From positions 169,182-233,181 of the forward strand of contig JAJECS010000024.1 of NCBI GenBank assembly GCA_022821905.1: a stretch of 64,000 nucleotides of DNA, given 5' to 3'. Position 1 is the first letter of the stretch, and each line of letters starts with the position of its first letter. A program made the position numbers and the translations under genes. The notes under the pieces are model-generated. The model did not search any database. It saw only the letters and a list, made by a program, of their open reading frames with translations, and was not told the origin of the DNA. Source of the stretch: Chloroflexota bacterium. Its GTDB lineage: Bacteria > Chloroflexota > UBA11872. Below are positions 38,679 through 47,594 of the stretch, piece after piece.

Positions 38679-38705
38679 CAGCCCCCGCATCCTCGGGCAT
38701 TCCGC

Positions 38706-38730
38706 GTAGGGGTAACCCTTGTGGTTACCC
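38706..38730 (+). repeat. GTAG-type REP
   Basis: gtag-gggtaacc-cttgt-ggttaccc. Confidence 0.65.
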
Positions 38731-38763
38731 GTCCGCGATCCACCGCGGCAATCGGCCGCCGAC

Positions 38764-39252
38764 CTAGTCCTCCGCCCGCGTCACCGAATCCCGCACGCGC
38801 CGCGCGAACTCCGAGTCCATGTCGGCGTCCAAGACCGGCTGCGTAAACACCACCAGATGACCGTCGGCGTCCCGAAAGTGCAGATCGCGGGTATTCCAGG
38901 GTGTGCGGGTGGGTCCGTCAACCGTGCCGCCCGGCTCACCCGAAGCAACGGACGCCCGCGCGTCCAGGTCTTCATCGCCCGCGGCGAACGAGACCCGCAC
39001 GCCCGACGCCGCATCGTCCGGATCGCGTCCCGGCGCCAGCAGGATGTCCTGATAGCGAAACCGCCGCAGGTGCACCAGCACCGGATCGCCGGCGGGACCC
39101 GGCAGGACGGCCAGCTCCACGAACCCGAGTCCGTTGACATACCAGCGCCGCGCCGCGTCCATGTCCGACACCTCGAAGGTGACGAACTGCGGCATCACGT
39201 AGATGCCGCAGTCGATCTCGGTACTTGGCAGGGACGCGTCGGGCGAAGTCAT
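38764..39252 (-). CDS. VOC/glyoxalase family protein
   Basis: VSDMDAARRWY..GLGF, GPTRTPWNTRDLHFRDADGH. Confidence 0.85.
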   Translation of the reverse strand: MTSPDASLPSTEIDCGIYVMPQFVTFEVSDMDAARRWYVNGLGFVELAVLPGPAGDPVLVHLRRFRYQDILLAPGRDPDDAASGVRVSFAAGDEDLDARASVASGEPGGTVDGPTRTPWNTRDLHFRDADGHLVVFTQPVLDADMDSEFARRVRDSVTRAED

Positions 39253-39329
39253 CAGAGGCATCCGGTCTTGAGGCAATTGTCGATGCTAGCCCTGCGGGGG
39301 ACCTGCCCCCAAGCGTGGCGGGTCCGGAC

Positions 39330-39355
39330 TGGATTCCGGCGTCCGCCGGAATGAC
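39330..39355. repeat. GTCATTCC-family palindrome (reverse orientation)
   Basis: tggattccggcgtccgccggaatgac. Confidence 0.75.
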
Positions 39356-39402
39356 GGAGGTCCGGTGGCCCGGGCTGCGCGCAGCCCGGGACTCGCGTTC
39401 CC

Positions 39403-40242
39403 CTACCCCGCGACGCCCGCCGCGACCGGCTGCGAGGCGCGGTCGCCGCCGGCGAAGCCGCAGAACTCCTCGTAGTCGATCAGCTCGGTGACCGTGGGGG
39501 AGTCTCCGCACAGCGGGCAGCCGGGGTCCCGCCGCAGCTTGAGCTCGCGAAACTCCATGGCCAGCGCGTCGAACAGCAGCAGGCGGCCGGCCAGCGTGTC
39601 GCCCGTGCCCAGAATCACCTTGATCGTCTCCGTCGCCTGGATTAGGCCGACCAAACCCGGCAGCACGCCCAATACGCCGGCCTCGGAGCAGCTCGGCGCC
39701 ATCTCCGGCGGCGGCGGCGTGGGATAGAGGCAGCGATAGCAGCCTTCGCCGGGTACGAAGATTGTCGACATGCCCTCGAACCGCAGCACGCTGCCATCGA
39801 CGATCGGCTTGCCCAGCATGTAGGCGGCGTCGTTGACGAGATAGCGCGTGGGGAAGTTGTCGCAGCCGTTCACGATCACGTCGTAGCCGCCCAGAATCTC
39901 CATCGCGTTTTCGGAGGTCAGCGGCTCGTTGTGCTCGATCACCTCGACGTCCGAGTTGAGCCCGGTGAGCGTCTCGGCGGCCGACCCGGTCTTGGGCAGC
40001 CCCACGCGGTCCTCGCGGTGCAGGATCTGCCGCTGGAGGTTGGAGCGGTCGACGACGTCGAAGTCCACCACGCCGAGCTTGCCCACGCCGGCCGCAGCCA
40101 GGTAGTAGAGCACCGGCGAGCCCAGTCCGCCGGCCCCAATGGCCACCACGCTGGCGTCCAGGAGCTTGCGCTGACCGGCGACGCCGACTTCCGGCAGCAG
40201 CATGTGCCGGCTGTATCGCTGAACCTGCTCGACGTTGAACAC
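39403..40242 (-). CDS. moeB: MoeB/ThiF sulfur-carrier adenylyltransferase
   Basis: RYSRH, GAGGLGS, DFDVVDRSNLQRQ, CYRC, PSCSEAGV, CPLC. Confidence 0.92.
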   Translation of the reverse strand: MFNVEQVQRYSRHMLLPEVGVAGQRKLLDASVVAIGAGGLGSPVLYYLAAAGVGKLGVVDFDVVDRSNLQRQILHREDRVGLPKTGSAAETLTGLNSDVEVIEHNEPLTSENAMEILGGYDVIVNGCDNFPTRYLVNDAAYMLGKPIVDGSVLRFEGMSTIFVPGEGCYRCLYPTPPPPEMAPSCSEAGVLGVLPGLVGLIQATETIKVILGTGDTLAGRLLLFDALAMEFRELKLRRDPGCPLCGDSPTVTELIDYEEFCGFAGGDRASQPVAAGVAG

Positions 40243-40286
40243 GCGCTTACCCTCGTTCCCTAGATGTCGATAGTGCCGGGCGACCG

Positions 40287-40628
40287 CTAATGGCCGGCCG
40301 GCGGCTCTTCGGTGTCATATCCCGCCGCTTCCCAAGCCTCCATGCCGCCCTGCATGTTGTAGGCCTGGTTCAAGCCCAGGGCCGTCGCCATCTGCGTGGC
40401 AACCCCGCTGGTCTGGCCCACATTGCAGATGAACAGGATGGGCTTGTCGGTCGGAATTGCCTCGGTGGGACGCGCCAGGATGTCTTCGAGCGGCACGTAC
40501 TCCGCCCCGGGCATCGCCGGAAACGGAAACTGCGTCCGAACGTCAATCACCCGGACCTCGTCCTGCTCGACCAGCTTCTTGGCCTCGTGGACGTCGACTT
40601 CGTTGGAGGGCATCTGTGCTGCAGCCAC
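40287..40628 (-). CDS. Single-domain rhodanese/sulfurtransferase (start GTG 40628 or ATG 40613)
   Basis: VIDVR, FICNVGQTS (active-site Cys loop), MQGGMEAW. Confidence 0.88.
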   Translation of the reverse strand: MAAAQMPSNEVDVHEAKKLVEQDEVRVIDVRTQFPFPAMPGAEYVPLEDILARPTEAIPTDKPILFICNVGQTSGVATQMATALGLNQAYNMQGGMEAWEAAGYDTEEPPAGH

Positions 40629-40832
40629 GCTAAACCTCATCGCCGGGAAACCACTTGCCTCTTGTTGCGATCTTCGCGCCGCGCCCGCCGTGAGTCAATC
40701 CCCATGGCGCTCGGCAGCGGATTCGTCGCCTATTTCGGCCGCTCTTGCTTCGCTTGCAGCGTTTCTCACCGACGGCCAGCCGTCGGACCCGGCTATGATT
40801 CATGCGCGCGTGTCGCCGGGGTGGAGATCACG

Positions 40833-42404
40833 GTGGATTCAGCCGACCTGCGGACCCGCCTCACCGAAGCCGATCTGCCGGACGAGGCGGCCGAAGCCCT
40901 GTCCGCGCGCCTGGACGATTCCAGGGCGAATCCCACGAGCGTCGCGCGCGCCATCGGTCTGCCATGGACGCCTGGGCAGGCGCGCCCCCTCGCGACCGCC
41001 CCGGTGCAAAACGCCCTGGAGTCCGAGCACTTGGCGCCGCCCCATGCCGTGGCCGCCGTCGTCGAGCATGTGACGGCTCAGGACGCCCGAGCTTCCGCTG
41101 CTCGAACTTCGCACGCTCCGCTGCGTCTCCTCTGCCTGCACGGACCCAACGGGGTGGGCAAGACCGCCGTCGCGCGATCCATCGCGCGCGCCCTGGACCG
41201 ACCATGCGAGGTCATCGACCTGGCGCAACTCGCCACGGCCGAAGAAGTCTGGCGGCGCGACGGCCAGCCGGGCGCGCTCATGGGCGCCGTCGAGCGGGCG
41301 CAGTCCGCGGACGCCGTGGTGGTGCTGGCCGGGATTGATCGCGCGGCCGAGCGTTGGGGCGCCCAGGCCAGCACGCTCCTGGCGCGGCTGACCGATCCCC
41401 ATCGCCGCGCCAACGTCGTCGACCCATTCTTCGGCGTTTCGTTCGACCTGTCGCGCCTGCTCTTGGTCGTCACCTGCCGCTGGACCCAATCGCTCGCGAC
41501 GGACGACTTGTCGAGACTCGATTGCGCGGAGTTTCCAGGATTCCTGATCGATCAGAAAGCCCAGTTGGCCCGGCAGACCCTGATCCCCGCTGCGCTGGCC
41601 GACCATGGATTGGCGCCCGATGCCCTGACGTTTGACGGCAACGCCATTCTGGTGCTCATCCGCAGCTACACCGACGAGGCCGGCGTCGCACACTTCGACG
41701 AGCTTCTGCGGCGTGTCGTTCGCCGGTCATTGGTCGCGGGCACGCTGCGCGGCGGCGACCAGGGCGTCGTTGCAAGCGAGGACCTCTTCGATCTTGCCGG
41801 CCGGCCGCCCGTCCCCGAGCGTCCCGACCGCCGCGCGCAGCGCCGCGGTCAGACCGCCGCGCTGGTGGTCGATGAGCGCGGCGGGCGGCATGGCGACGTG
41901 ATGGCCGTGCTGATGCCGGGACTCGGCCATGCATTGGTTCCGGGGCTGGGTCGAATCTCGATGCTGGACTCGAACGGCGCCAACGTCTCAGCGGAGCTGG
42001 CCGTCGTGACGGCGGCCATCCGCTCGCGCCTTTCGGACCTCGACGTGTCGGCGCGATTCATGCAGGAATTCGACATGCAAGTGCACGTTCCGGCCAGCCG
42101 GCTCGCCGGTGATTCCGGCTCGATCGGCCTCGCCGTATCCATCGCCATCGTGTCCCTCGGACGCGATCGCCCGGTCGATCCGGAGCTGGCCGCGACCGGC
42201 AGCCTCTCCGTGAACGGTCGCGTCGAGCCCACCAGCGGCGTGGCCGCCAAGATGCTTGCGGCCCATCGGGCCGGCGTGCGCCGGGTCCTGCTGCCGCGCG
42301 GCAATGAACGCGACCTGGACGATCTGCCGCCCCGGATCCACGACGACATCACCTTCATTCCGGTGGACGACATCGCGCAGGCGCTGCACGTCGCGCTGCG
42401 CTGA
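40833..42404 (+). CDS. Lon-like (S16) protease lacking the N-domain, with a degenerate AAA+ module
   Basis: GPNGVGKT, FDLSR, YTDEAG, VHVP..GDSGSIGLA, ATGSLSVNGRV, AAKMLAAHRAG. GTG 40833 after GGAG. Confidence 0.85.
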   Translation: MDSADLRTRLTEADLPDEAAEALSARLDDSRANPTSVARAIGLPWTPGQARPLATAPVQNALESEHLAPPHAVAAVVEHVTAQDARASAARTSHAPLRLLCLHGPNGVGKTAVARSIARALDRPCEVIDLAQLATAEEVWRRDGQPGALMGAVERAQSADAVVVLAGIDRAAERWGAQASTLLARLTDPHRRANVVDPFFGVSFDLSRLLLVVTCRWTQSLATDDLSRLDCAEFPGFLIDQKAQLARQTLIPAALADHGLAPDALTFDGNAILVLIRSYTDEAGVAHFDELLRRVVRRSLVAGTLRGGDQGVVASEDLFDLAGRPPVPERPDRRAQRRGQTAALVVDERGGRHGDVMAVLMPGLGHALVPGLGRISMLDSNGANVSAELAVVTAAIRSRLSDLDVSARFMQEFDMQVHVPASRLAGDSGSIGLAVSIAIVSLGRDRPVDPELAATGSLSVNGRVEPTSGVAAKMLAAHRAGVRRVLLPRGNERDLDDLPPRIHDDITFIPVDDIAQALHVALR

Positions 42405-42459
42405 GTCCGGGTCCGCCCGCCGGGCGCATGAACGCCGGCGGGCATTGGTCTGAATTGGC

Positions 42460-43491
42460 ATGCGGCGCCGCCTAGGAATCGCCGGATCGCTTGCGGTCGG
42501 GACGGCCCTCGTCGTTCTGGGGGCACTCGCGCTGGTATGGGCGTTACGCAGCTCCGCGGAAGCACCTGCGGTGGCGCGGCCGCCCGCGGACCTGCCCGAT
42601 CCGCACGAGCGGATGATGTTCGACTCGGCCTACGACCAACGCCTCAGCCGCGACGCCATCCCACCCATCTACACGCCGCAATTCGTGGCCGCCGCCGAGG
42701 CGCCGCTCCAGCCGGATGAGCTGGTCATCGGGCTGGTCATCGACGACGAGGCACGGGCCTATCCCGTCACGACGCTCAATCGGCGGGAAATGGTCAACGA
42801 CGTAGTCGGCGGCACGCCGGTGCTCGTCACCTGGTGACCGCTCTGCTACACCGGTCTCGTGCACGACCGGCAGTTCGATGGCCAGACGCTGGTGTTCGGC
42901 AACCAGGGCGCGCTGTACAAGACCGCCATGACCTGGTTCGACCACACCACGGGCAGCATCTGGAGCCAGCCGATTGGCCGAGCCCTGGTCGGCGAGCTCC
43001 GGGGCGCGGCGCTCAGGCAGATTCCCTCGACCCTGGATACCTGGGCGGGATTCCACGCCCGACACCCCGACGCCCTGGTGCTGTCCAACGGCCTCAGCGG
43101 ACCGCGGCTCGTCCTGGCGACGCCGCGGGAGAACTGGGTGATCGGACTGGCCCTGGGGGCCGCGGCCGCGGCCGTCGACTTCAGCCACGCGCGGGCCGCC
43201 GGCCTGGTGCATCTGACGGTCGGCGATGAGCCCGTGTTGGTCTGGGTCGATGCGGCCACCGGCACCGTGCGCGCCTATCTGCGGCGAGTGGCGAACCGCG
43301 CGCTGGACTTCGAGCCGGCGGGCGAAGGCAGCCTGCGCGACCGCGAGACGGGATCGATCTGGAGCCCGGACAACGGCCTGGCGCTGAGCGGTCCGCTCAC
43401 GGGCCAGGCCCTCAGCCCGGTGCCATGGACCTCGTCATTCGACTGGGCCTGGCGCGATTTCTACCCGCAGTCCACGTTCATCGAGGGCTAG
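42460..43491 (+). CDS. DUF3179-family selenoprotein (Sec encoded by TGA 42835-42837), with an N-terminal membrane anchor
   Basis: ORFs 42460-42837 and 42859-43491 are in the same frame. Read-through gives EMVNDVVGGTPVLVTW-U-PLCYTG where the family has CPLC. Confidence 0.88.
42843..42873 (+). promoter_or_regulatory. Putative bacterial SECIS hairpin
   Basis: ccggtc-tcgtgcac-gaccgg stem (42851-42870) starts 13 nt after the TGA and can be extended by ctg/cag. Confidence 0.55.
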
Positions 43492-43558
43492 TCTCGCCGC
43501 AGTTTCCAGCCAGGTCGCGCCGCGAAGATTCGCCCCCACCACGCCCACATCACCCCGT

Positions 43559-43644
43559 CTGTCATTTCGAACGCAGTGAGAAATCGAAGGAAGTTGTGGG
43601 TGTTCCCCGCCCCTTGGATTCCTCGCCTGCGGCTCGGAATGACA
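43559..43644. repeat. MITE/RPE-like element with TGTCATT...AATGACA termini
   Basis: ctgtcatttcgaacgcagtgagaaatc...gattcctcgcctgcggctcggaatgacag. Confidence 0.75.
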
Positions 43645-43711
43645 GGAAGGAAGCATTCGGCATGACCGAAAGGAAGTGTTTGGAATCGCAGGCCGGGACG
43701 GAGTCCGGAGG

Positions 43712-44770
43712 CTATGCGTCACCATAGAGATCGGCGATGGTCACCAGCGCGCCGCTGGCCGCCGAACGATAGGCCGCGTCGACGATCTCCACCGACCATT
43801 GCGCAATCGAGCCTGGCGACAGGTTCGGCGCGCGGCCCAGCACCACGTCGGCCAGGTTCTGCGCCGGCGCTCGCAGCGGGTAGTGCAGCGAGACATCCTC
43901 CTCGCGCATCTGCTCGCCGTCGCCGTCATAGCGATGCAGCGTCAACAGCGTCGCCCGCTCCATGTCGATTTCCATCCAGCCGTCCGAGCCAAAGATCCGC
44001 AGCTCGTTGTGGGGGGTGTCGTCGCCCGGCTTCGTCCCGACGCTGGCCAGCGTGCCCAGCGCGCCGCCGGTGAATCGCACGCTGAGCGCGTCCACCGCGT
44101 CGACCGACACGTCGGCATTGTCCATGAAGGCATGGACGGACTCCGGTCCGTCGTCGATCACGAACGCCGCAAGCGCCGCCGAGTGCGTCAGTTGGTTCTG
44201 CCCCTGACCGTAGGCGCTGAAGTTCTGCGGCGTCGGCCCGTGCACCGGAAAGCTCCAGACCCCTTCTAACGCATCTGGGTGTCGCACCTGCTGGATGGCC
44301 GACGAGGCGAACAGGCTGTGGACCAACTCGATTCCGCCGATCGCGCCGTCGGTGATCAACTCTCGGGCGCGGCGCGCCAGCCGGGTGTAGTGAAAGGTGT
44401 GGCCGACCACGATCTCGGTGCCGGCGCGCTCGGCCGCCGCCAGCAGCACCCGACCCTCGAGCGCGGTCTCGGTCATCGGCTTCTCGATCAGCAGATGCAG
44501 CCCCGCGTCGATGGCCCGGCGCGCCAGCTCGTAGTGGGAGGCGTTGCTGCTGGCGACGACCAGGCCGTCCAGCGACTCCCGCGCCAGCATGCGGTCGAGG
44601 TCGTCGTATACCGCGTCCACGCCGTAGTGCTCGGCCGCCCGCGTCGCGCGCTCCGCGTCCAAGTCGCAAAGCGCCGGGACCTCGGCCTGCGGATGCTCGA
44701 CAAGCCCGGGAATGTGCGCCTCGGTGGCCCACCATCCCGTGCCCACGACTCCGATTCGTGCTGTGTCCAT
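43712..44770 (-). CDS. Gfo/Idh/MocA oxidoreductase
   Basis: IGVVGTGWWA, GLHLLIEKP, QLTH. Confidence 0.88.
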   Translation of the reverse strand: MDTARIGVVGTGWWATEAHIPGLVEHPQAEVPALCDLDAERATRAAEHYGVDAVYDDLDRMLARESLDGLVVASSNASHYELARRAIDAGLHLLIEKPMTETALEGRVLLAAAERAGTEIVVGHTFHYTRLARRARELITDGAIGGIELVHSLFASSAIQQVRHPDALEGVWSFPVHGPTPQNFSAYGQGQNQLTHSAALAAFVIDDGPESVHAFMDNADVSVDAVDALSVRFTGGALGTLASVGTKPGDDTPHNELRIFGSDGWMEIDMERATLLTLHRYDGDGEQMREEDVSLHYPLRAPAQNLADVVLGRAPNLSPGSIAQWSVEIVDAAYRSAASGALVTIADLYGDA

Positions 44771-44836
44771 CGCGCTTACTAGTCCCCGACGACAAGTGGC
44801 CGGCAAGCGCCAACATAGCGCACGAACCCGACCTCG

Positions 44837-46060
44837 TTAGCCGAGGCCAATCGGGTCGCGGGGGTAGTCGGTCAGCACCTCGTAGCCGTCGGCGGTGACG
44901 GCCACCGTCTCGCTCACGCCCACTCCCGCTCGGCCCACGTCGCGAGCCACCGCCCGCACGTGAAACACGTGGCCCGCCTCGAGCGTTGGATAGGTGGCAA
45001 CCGACCGCTCGGTGCGGCCGCTGCGGGGACAAATCTGCAAACCGGGCACGTCCATCCAATCCGGCTCGAAGCTCAAGCCCACCGAGTATCCGCGATTGCC
45101 GTCCCTGAATATGCGCGACGGCAGCTCTCTCAGCGGCTCGGACGCGTGCTCGCCAAGCTCCAGCGTGGACACGCCGGGCCGCATGCCGGCGATCGTTCGC
45201 TCCACCGCCGCCACGCAGGCCTCGTACATCGCGTCCCACACCGGATCGGCCAGCTCGCCGATCACGCCGGTGCGGATCATGGGCGCGGTGTAGCGCTTGA
45301 TGCACGCACCCCACTCCAGGATCACCGGGTGCCCCGGCGTCAGCCGCGAACGTCCAAAGGTGGTGTGTGGAATGCCGGAGTTTCGGCCGGCGGTGATGAT
45401 GGGCTGAATCGACATGCGCTCGCTGCCGGCGCCCACCAGTGCCTGATAAGCCGCCGCCGCCACGCTGGTGTCGGGCGCCTCCGGACGCAGCTCGGCCCTT
45501 GCGGCGTCGAACCCGCGCGGCGTGATGGCTCCGGCGGACCGAATGGCCGCAATCTCGGCCGGGCTCTTCCGCGCCCGGACGCCATCCACCAGCCAGTGGA
45601 CGTAGCTCCACGAGGCACCCACCGATTCCGCGGCGTGCTGAAAGCTCTGGTGCGCCCCGCCGTGCTGATGGTGCTCCCAGCCAAGCCGCGCGTTGGCCCA
45701 ACCGCGATGCCGCAGCAGGTCGACCAACACACCGGCGGGATCTTCCGACCACGGATAGGTGACCACGTCCTCGACCCAACTGGATACCAGCGCGTTGAAG
45801 ACCTCGAAGTCGTCGACGAGCAGCGTCGGCTCGCGCTCCAGGCCGACGATGAGAAACGCGGGCACGAACGACGCCAGCGTCTCGTAGCCGCTGACATAGC
45901 AAACGCTCGGCGCAAAGGTGCAGACCAGCGCATCCAGACCTTCGCTCCCCATCGCCGTCCGCAGCGCCTCGTGCCGCCGCTGGAACTCAGACTCGTCAAA
46001 GGTCAGCGATCGGATGTCGCCCGCATCCGCCGGACGCTCGAGCTCCCCAAACAGCGGCAT
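44837..46060 (-). CDS. M24/creatinase-fold hydrolase (ectoine hydrolase DoeA/EutD-like)
   Basis: KSPAEIA, SGIPHT, ILEWGACIKRYTAPMIRT, RGYSVGL, GVSET. Confidence 0.82.
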   Translation of the reverse strand: MPLFGELERPADAGDIRSLTFDESEFQRRHEALRTAMGSEGLDALVCTFAPSVCYVSGYETLASFVPAFLIVGLEREPTLLVDDFEVFNALVSSWVEDVVTYPWSEDPAGVLVDLLRHRGWANARLGWEHHQHGGAHQSFQHAAESVGASWSYVHWLVDGVRARKSPAEIAAIRSAGAITPRGFDAARAELRPEAPDTSVAAAAYQALVGAGSERMSIQPIITAGRNSGIPHTTFGRSRLTPGHPVILEWGACIKRYTAPMIRTGVIGELADPVWDAMYEACVAAVERTIAGMRPGVSTLELGEHASEPLRELPSRIFRDGNRGYSVGLSFEPDWMDVPGLQICPRSGRTERSVATYPTLEAGHVFHVRAVARDVGRAGVGVSETVAVTADGYEVLTDYPRDPIGLG

Positions 46061-46226
46061 GTGGCTTCTCCCTCAACTGCTGGCTGCGCGGACCGAAGAT
46101 CGCACAGCGGCCGACAGACTGGGGTGCGTCACCGGAATCGCGGCGCCCCGCCCTAACGTGGCACGATAGCGGCCGAGAGTTTGCGCCGATGCCCGTGGGT
46201 CGGCTCAGCGTGTGAGGTATTCGCCA

Positions 46227-46826
46227 GTGCCCTACGACCTTGCGGAGAACAAGATGCTCACCGACTGGCTCCGCGGCCGTGGAGGGTTCAGGGTTGGGCT
46301 CGCAATCGGGGGCATCGTCGTGATCATCTGGCTGGCGCTGTCATATAGCTCGCCGACGTTCTTCGTGGGCGAGTGGTATGGGTTCGCGATGGCCACGATG
46401 GTTGCCATCGCCGCCTTTATCGCCGCCGGCGTGATTTGGGGTCTCTTGTTCCGCCTGGCCGCCGGAGTGACCTGGCTGCTTGGCTTCGGGCTGGTCCTGG
46501 GCGTCTGCGCCGGCATTTCCGAGGGGCTGGCCGCCGGCCTGGGCTGGTCGCTGGACTGGGGATTCAACGTGAAAACGTTCTATAACCCCATCGACGTCGA
46601 GCCACAGGGACTTGCCGTCGGCGTGGTCAAGGCGCTCATTCATGCCGGCGCGGGAGCCGCCGCGACCATCCTCGGGGCGTTTGTCGCCACGATCGCCAGC
46701 ACGTTGTTCATTCGCCGCTTGGTCGCCAAGCGAATGAAAAACGTGGCGCCCGGCCTCGTGGCCCGGTTCCCCGTGCGGGTTCGGCAGGTGATCGATCCGG
46801 TCTACCGCTTCGGCGGCGACAGCTAG
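46227..46826 (+). CDS. Hypothetical multi-pass membrane protein, paralog A
   Basis: About four hydrophobic segments. GTG 46227 after GAGG. Homologous to the next gene. Confidence 0.8.
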   Translation: MPYDLAENKMLTDWLRGRGGFRVGLAIGGIVVIIWLALSYSSPTFFVGEWYGFAMATMVAIAAFIAAGVIWGLLFRLAAGVTWLLGFGLVLGVCAGISEGLAAGLGWSLDWGFNVKTFYNPIDVEPQGLAVGVVKALIHAGAGAAATILGAFVATIASTLFIRRLVAKRMKNVAPGLVARFPVRVRQVIDPVYRFGGDS

Positions 46827-46944
46827 TTATTTTCAAGTCACACCCGCTGACGCCCGCATGCTGATGGAGTCGCTGTTACACCGCTCGCACATGGTCCGTG
46901 CGAGCGCCGCAGTTGTACGCGTCGGAACCTAGGCAGTCGCCGAC

Positions 46945-47547
46945 ATGCTCTACGACCTCGCCGAGAACAAGACTGTCACCGACTGGCTGCGTGGCTGGGG
47001 CGGATTCAAGGTCGGGCTCGTCCTTGGGGCCATCATCGCGGCGATTTGGATGCCGCTCGTCTTCTCCGCCCCGCAGGTGGTCGACGAGGGCGATCTCTAC
47101 AACCTCTCCATGACCGTGCATATCCCGGTCTTCAGCTTCATTGGCTTCGGCATTGTCTGGGGCCTGCTGTTCAAGAACGTTGCGGGGGTGACCTGGGCGC
47201 TCGGCCTCGGCCTGGCGGTGGCCGCCACGGCCGGCATGGTCGCCGGCATGGATGTCTCCCAGGGTTGGGGCGTGGACTGGGGCTTTGGCTTCAAGTCGTT
47301 CTACACCCGTGTCGACGTCGTACCGCTTGGCGCGGCGAACGGCACCCTGGCCGGCCTGATGTTTGGCGGCGCCCTGGGCGCCATGGCCGCGCTCGGCTCC
47401 CTGCTCGCCATGGTCGTCAGCATGTTCTACCTGCGGCGCCACATCACCAAGCGAATGCGCCACGCGGCACCGCGCATCGTGAGCCTGTTCCCCGCCCGCG
47501 TGCGACAGGTGATCGATCCAGCCTATCGCCACGGCGTCGCCCGCTAG
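46945..47547 (+). CDS. Hypothetical multi-pass membrane protein, paralog B
   Basis: Shares YDLAENK..TDWLRG.GGF and FP.RVRQVIDP.YR with paralog A. Confidence 0.8.
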   Translation: MLYDLAENKTVTDWLRGWGGFKVGLVLGAIIAAIWMPLVFSAPQVVDEGDLYNLSMTVHIPVFSFIGFGIVWGLLFKNVAGVTWALGLGLAVAATAGMVAGMDVSQGWGVDWGFGFKSFYTRVDVVPLGAANGTLAGLMFGGALGAMAALGSLLAMVVSMFYLRRHITKRMRHAAPRIVSLFPARVRQVIDPAYRHGVAR

Positions 47548-47594
47548 CCATCCGAGGGGATCACACTCGAACTCGGGCCGGTGATCAGAGCCGG

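Noticed and set aside
40243-40289. Possible TAG read-through fusing the rhodanese to MoeB
   Set aside because: The genes are in different frames and moeB has its own RBS.
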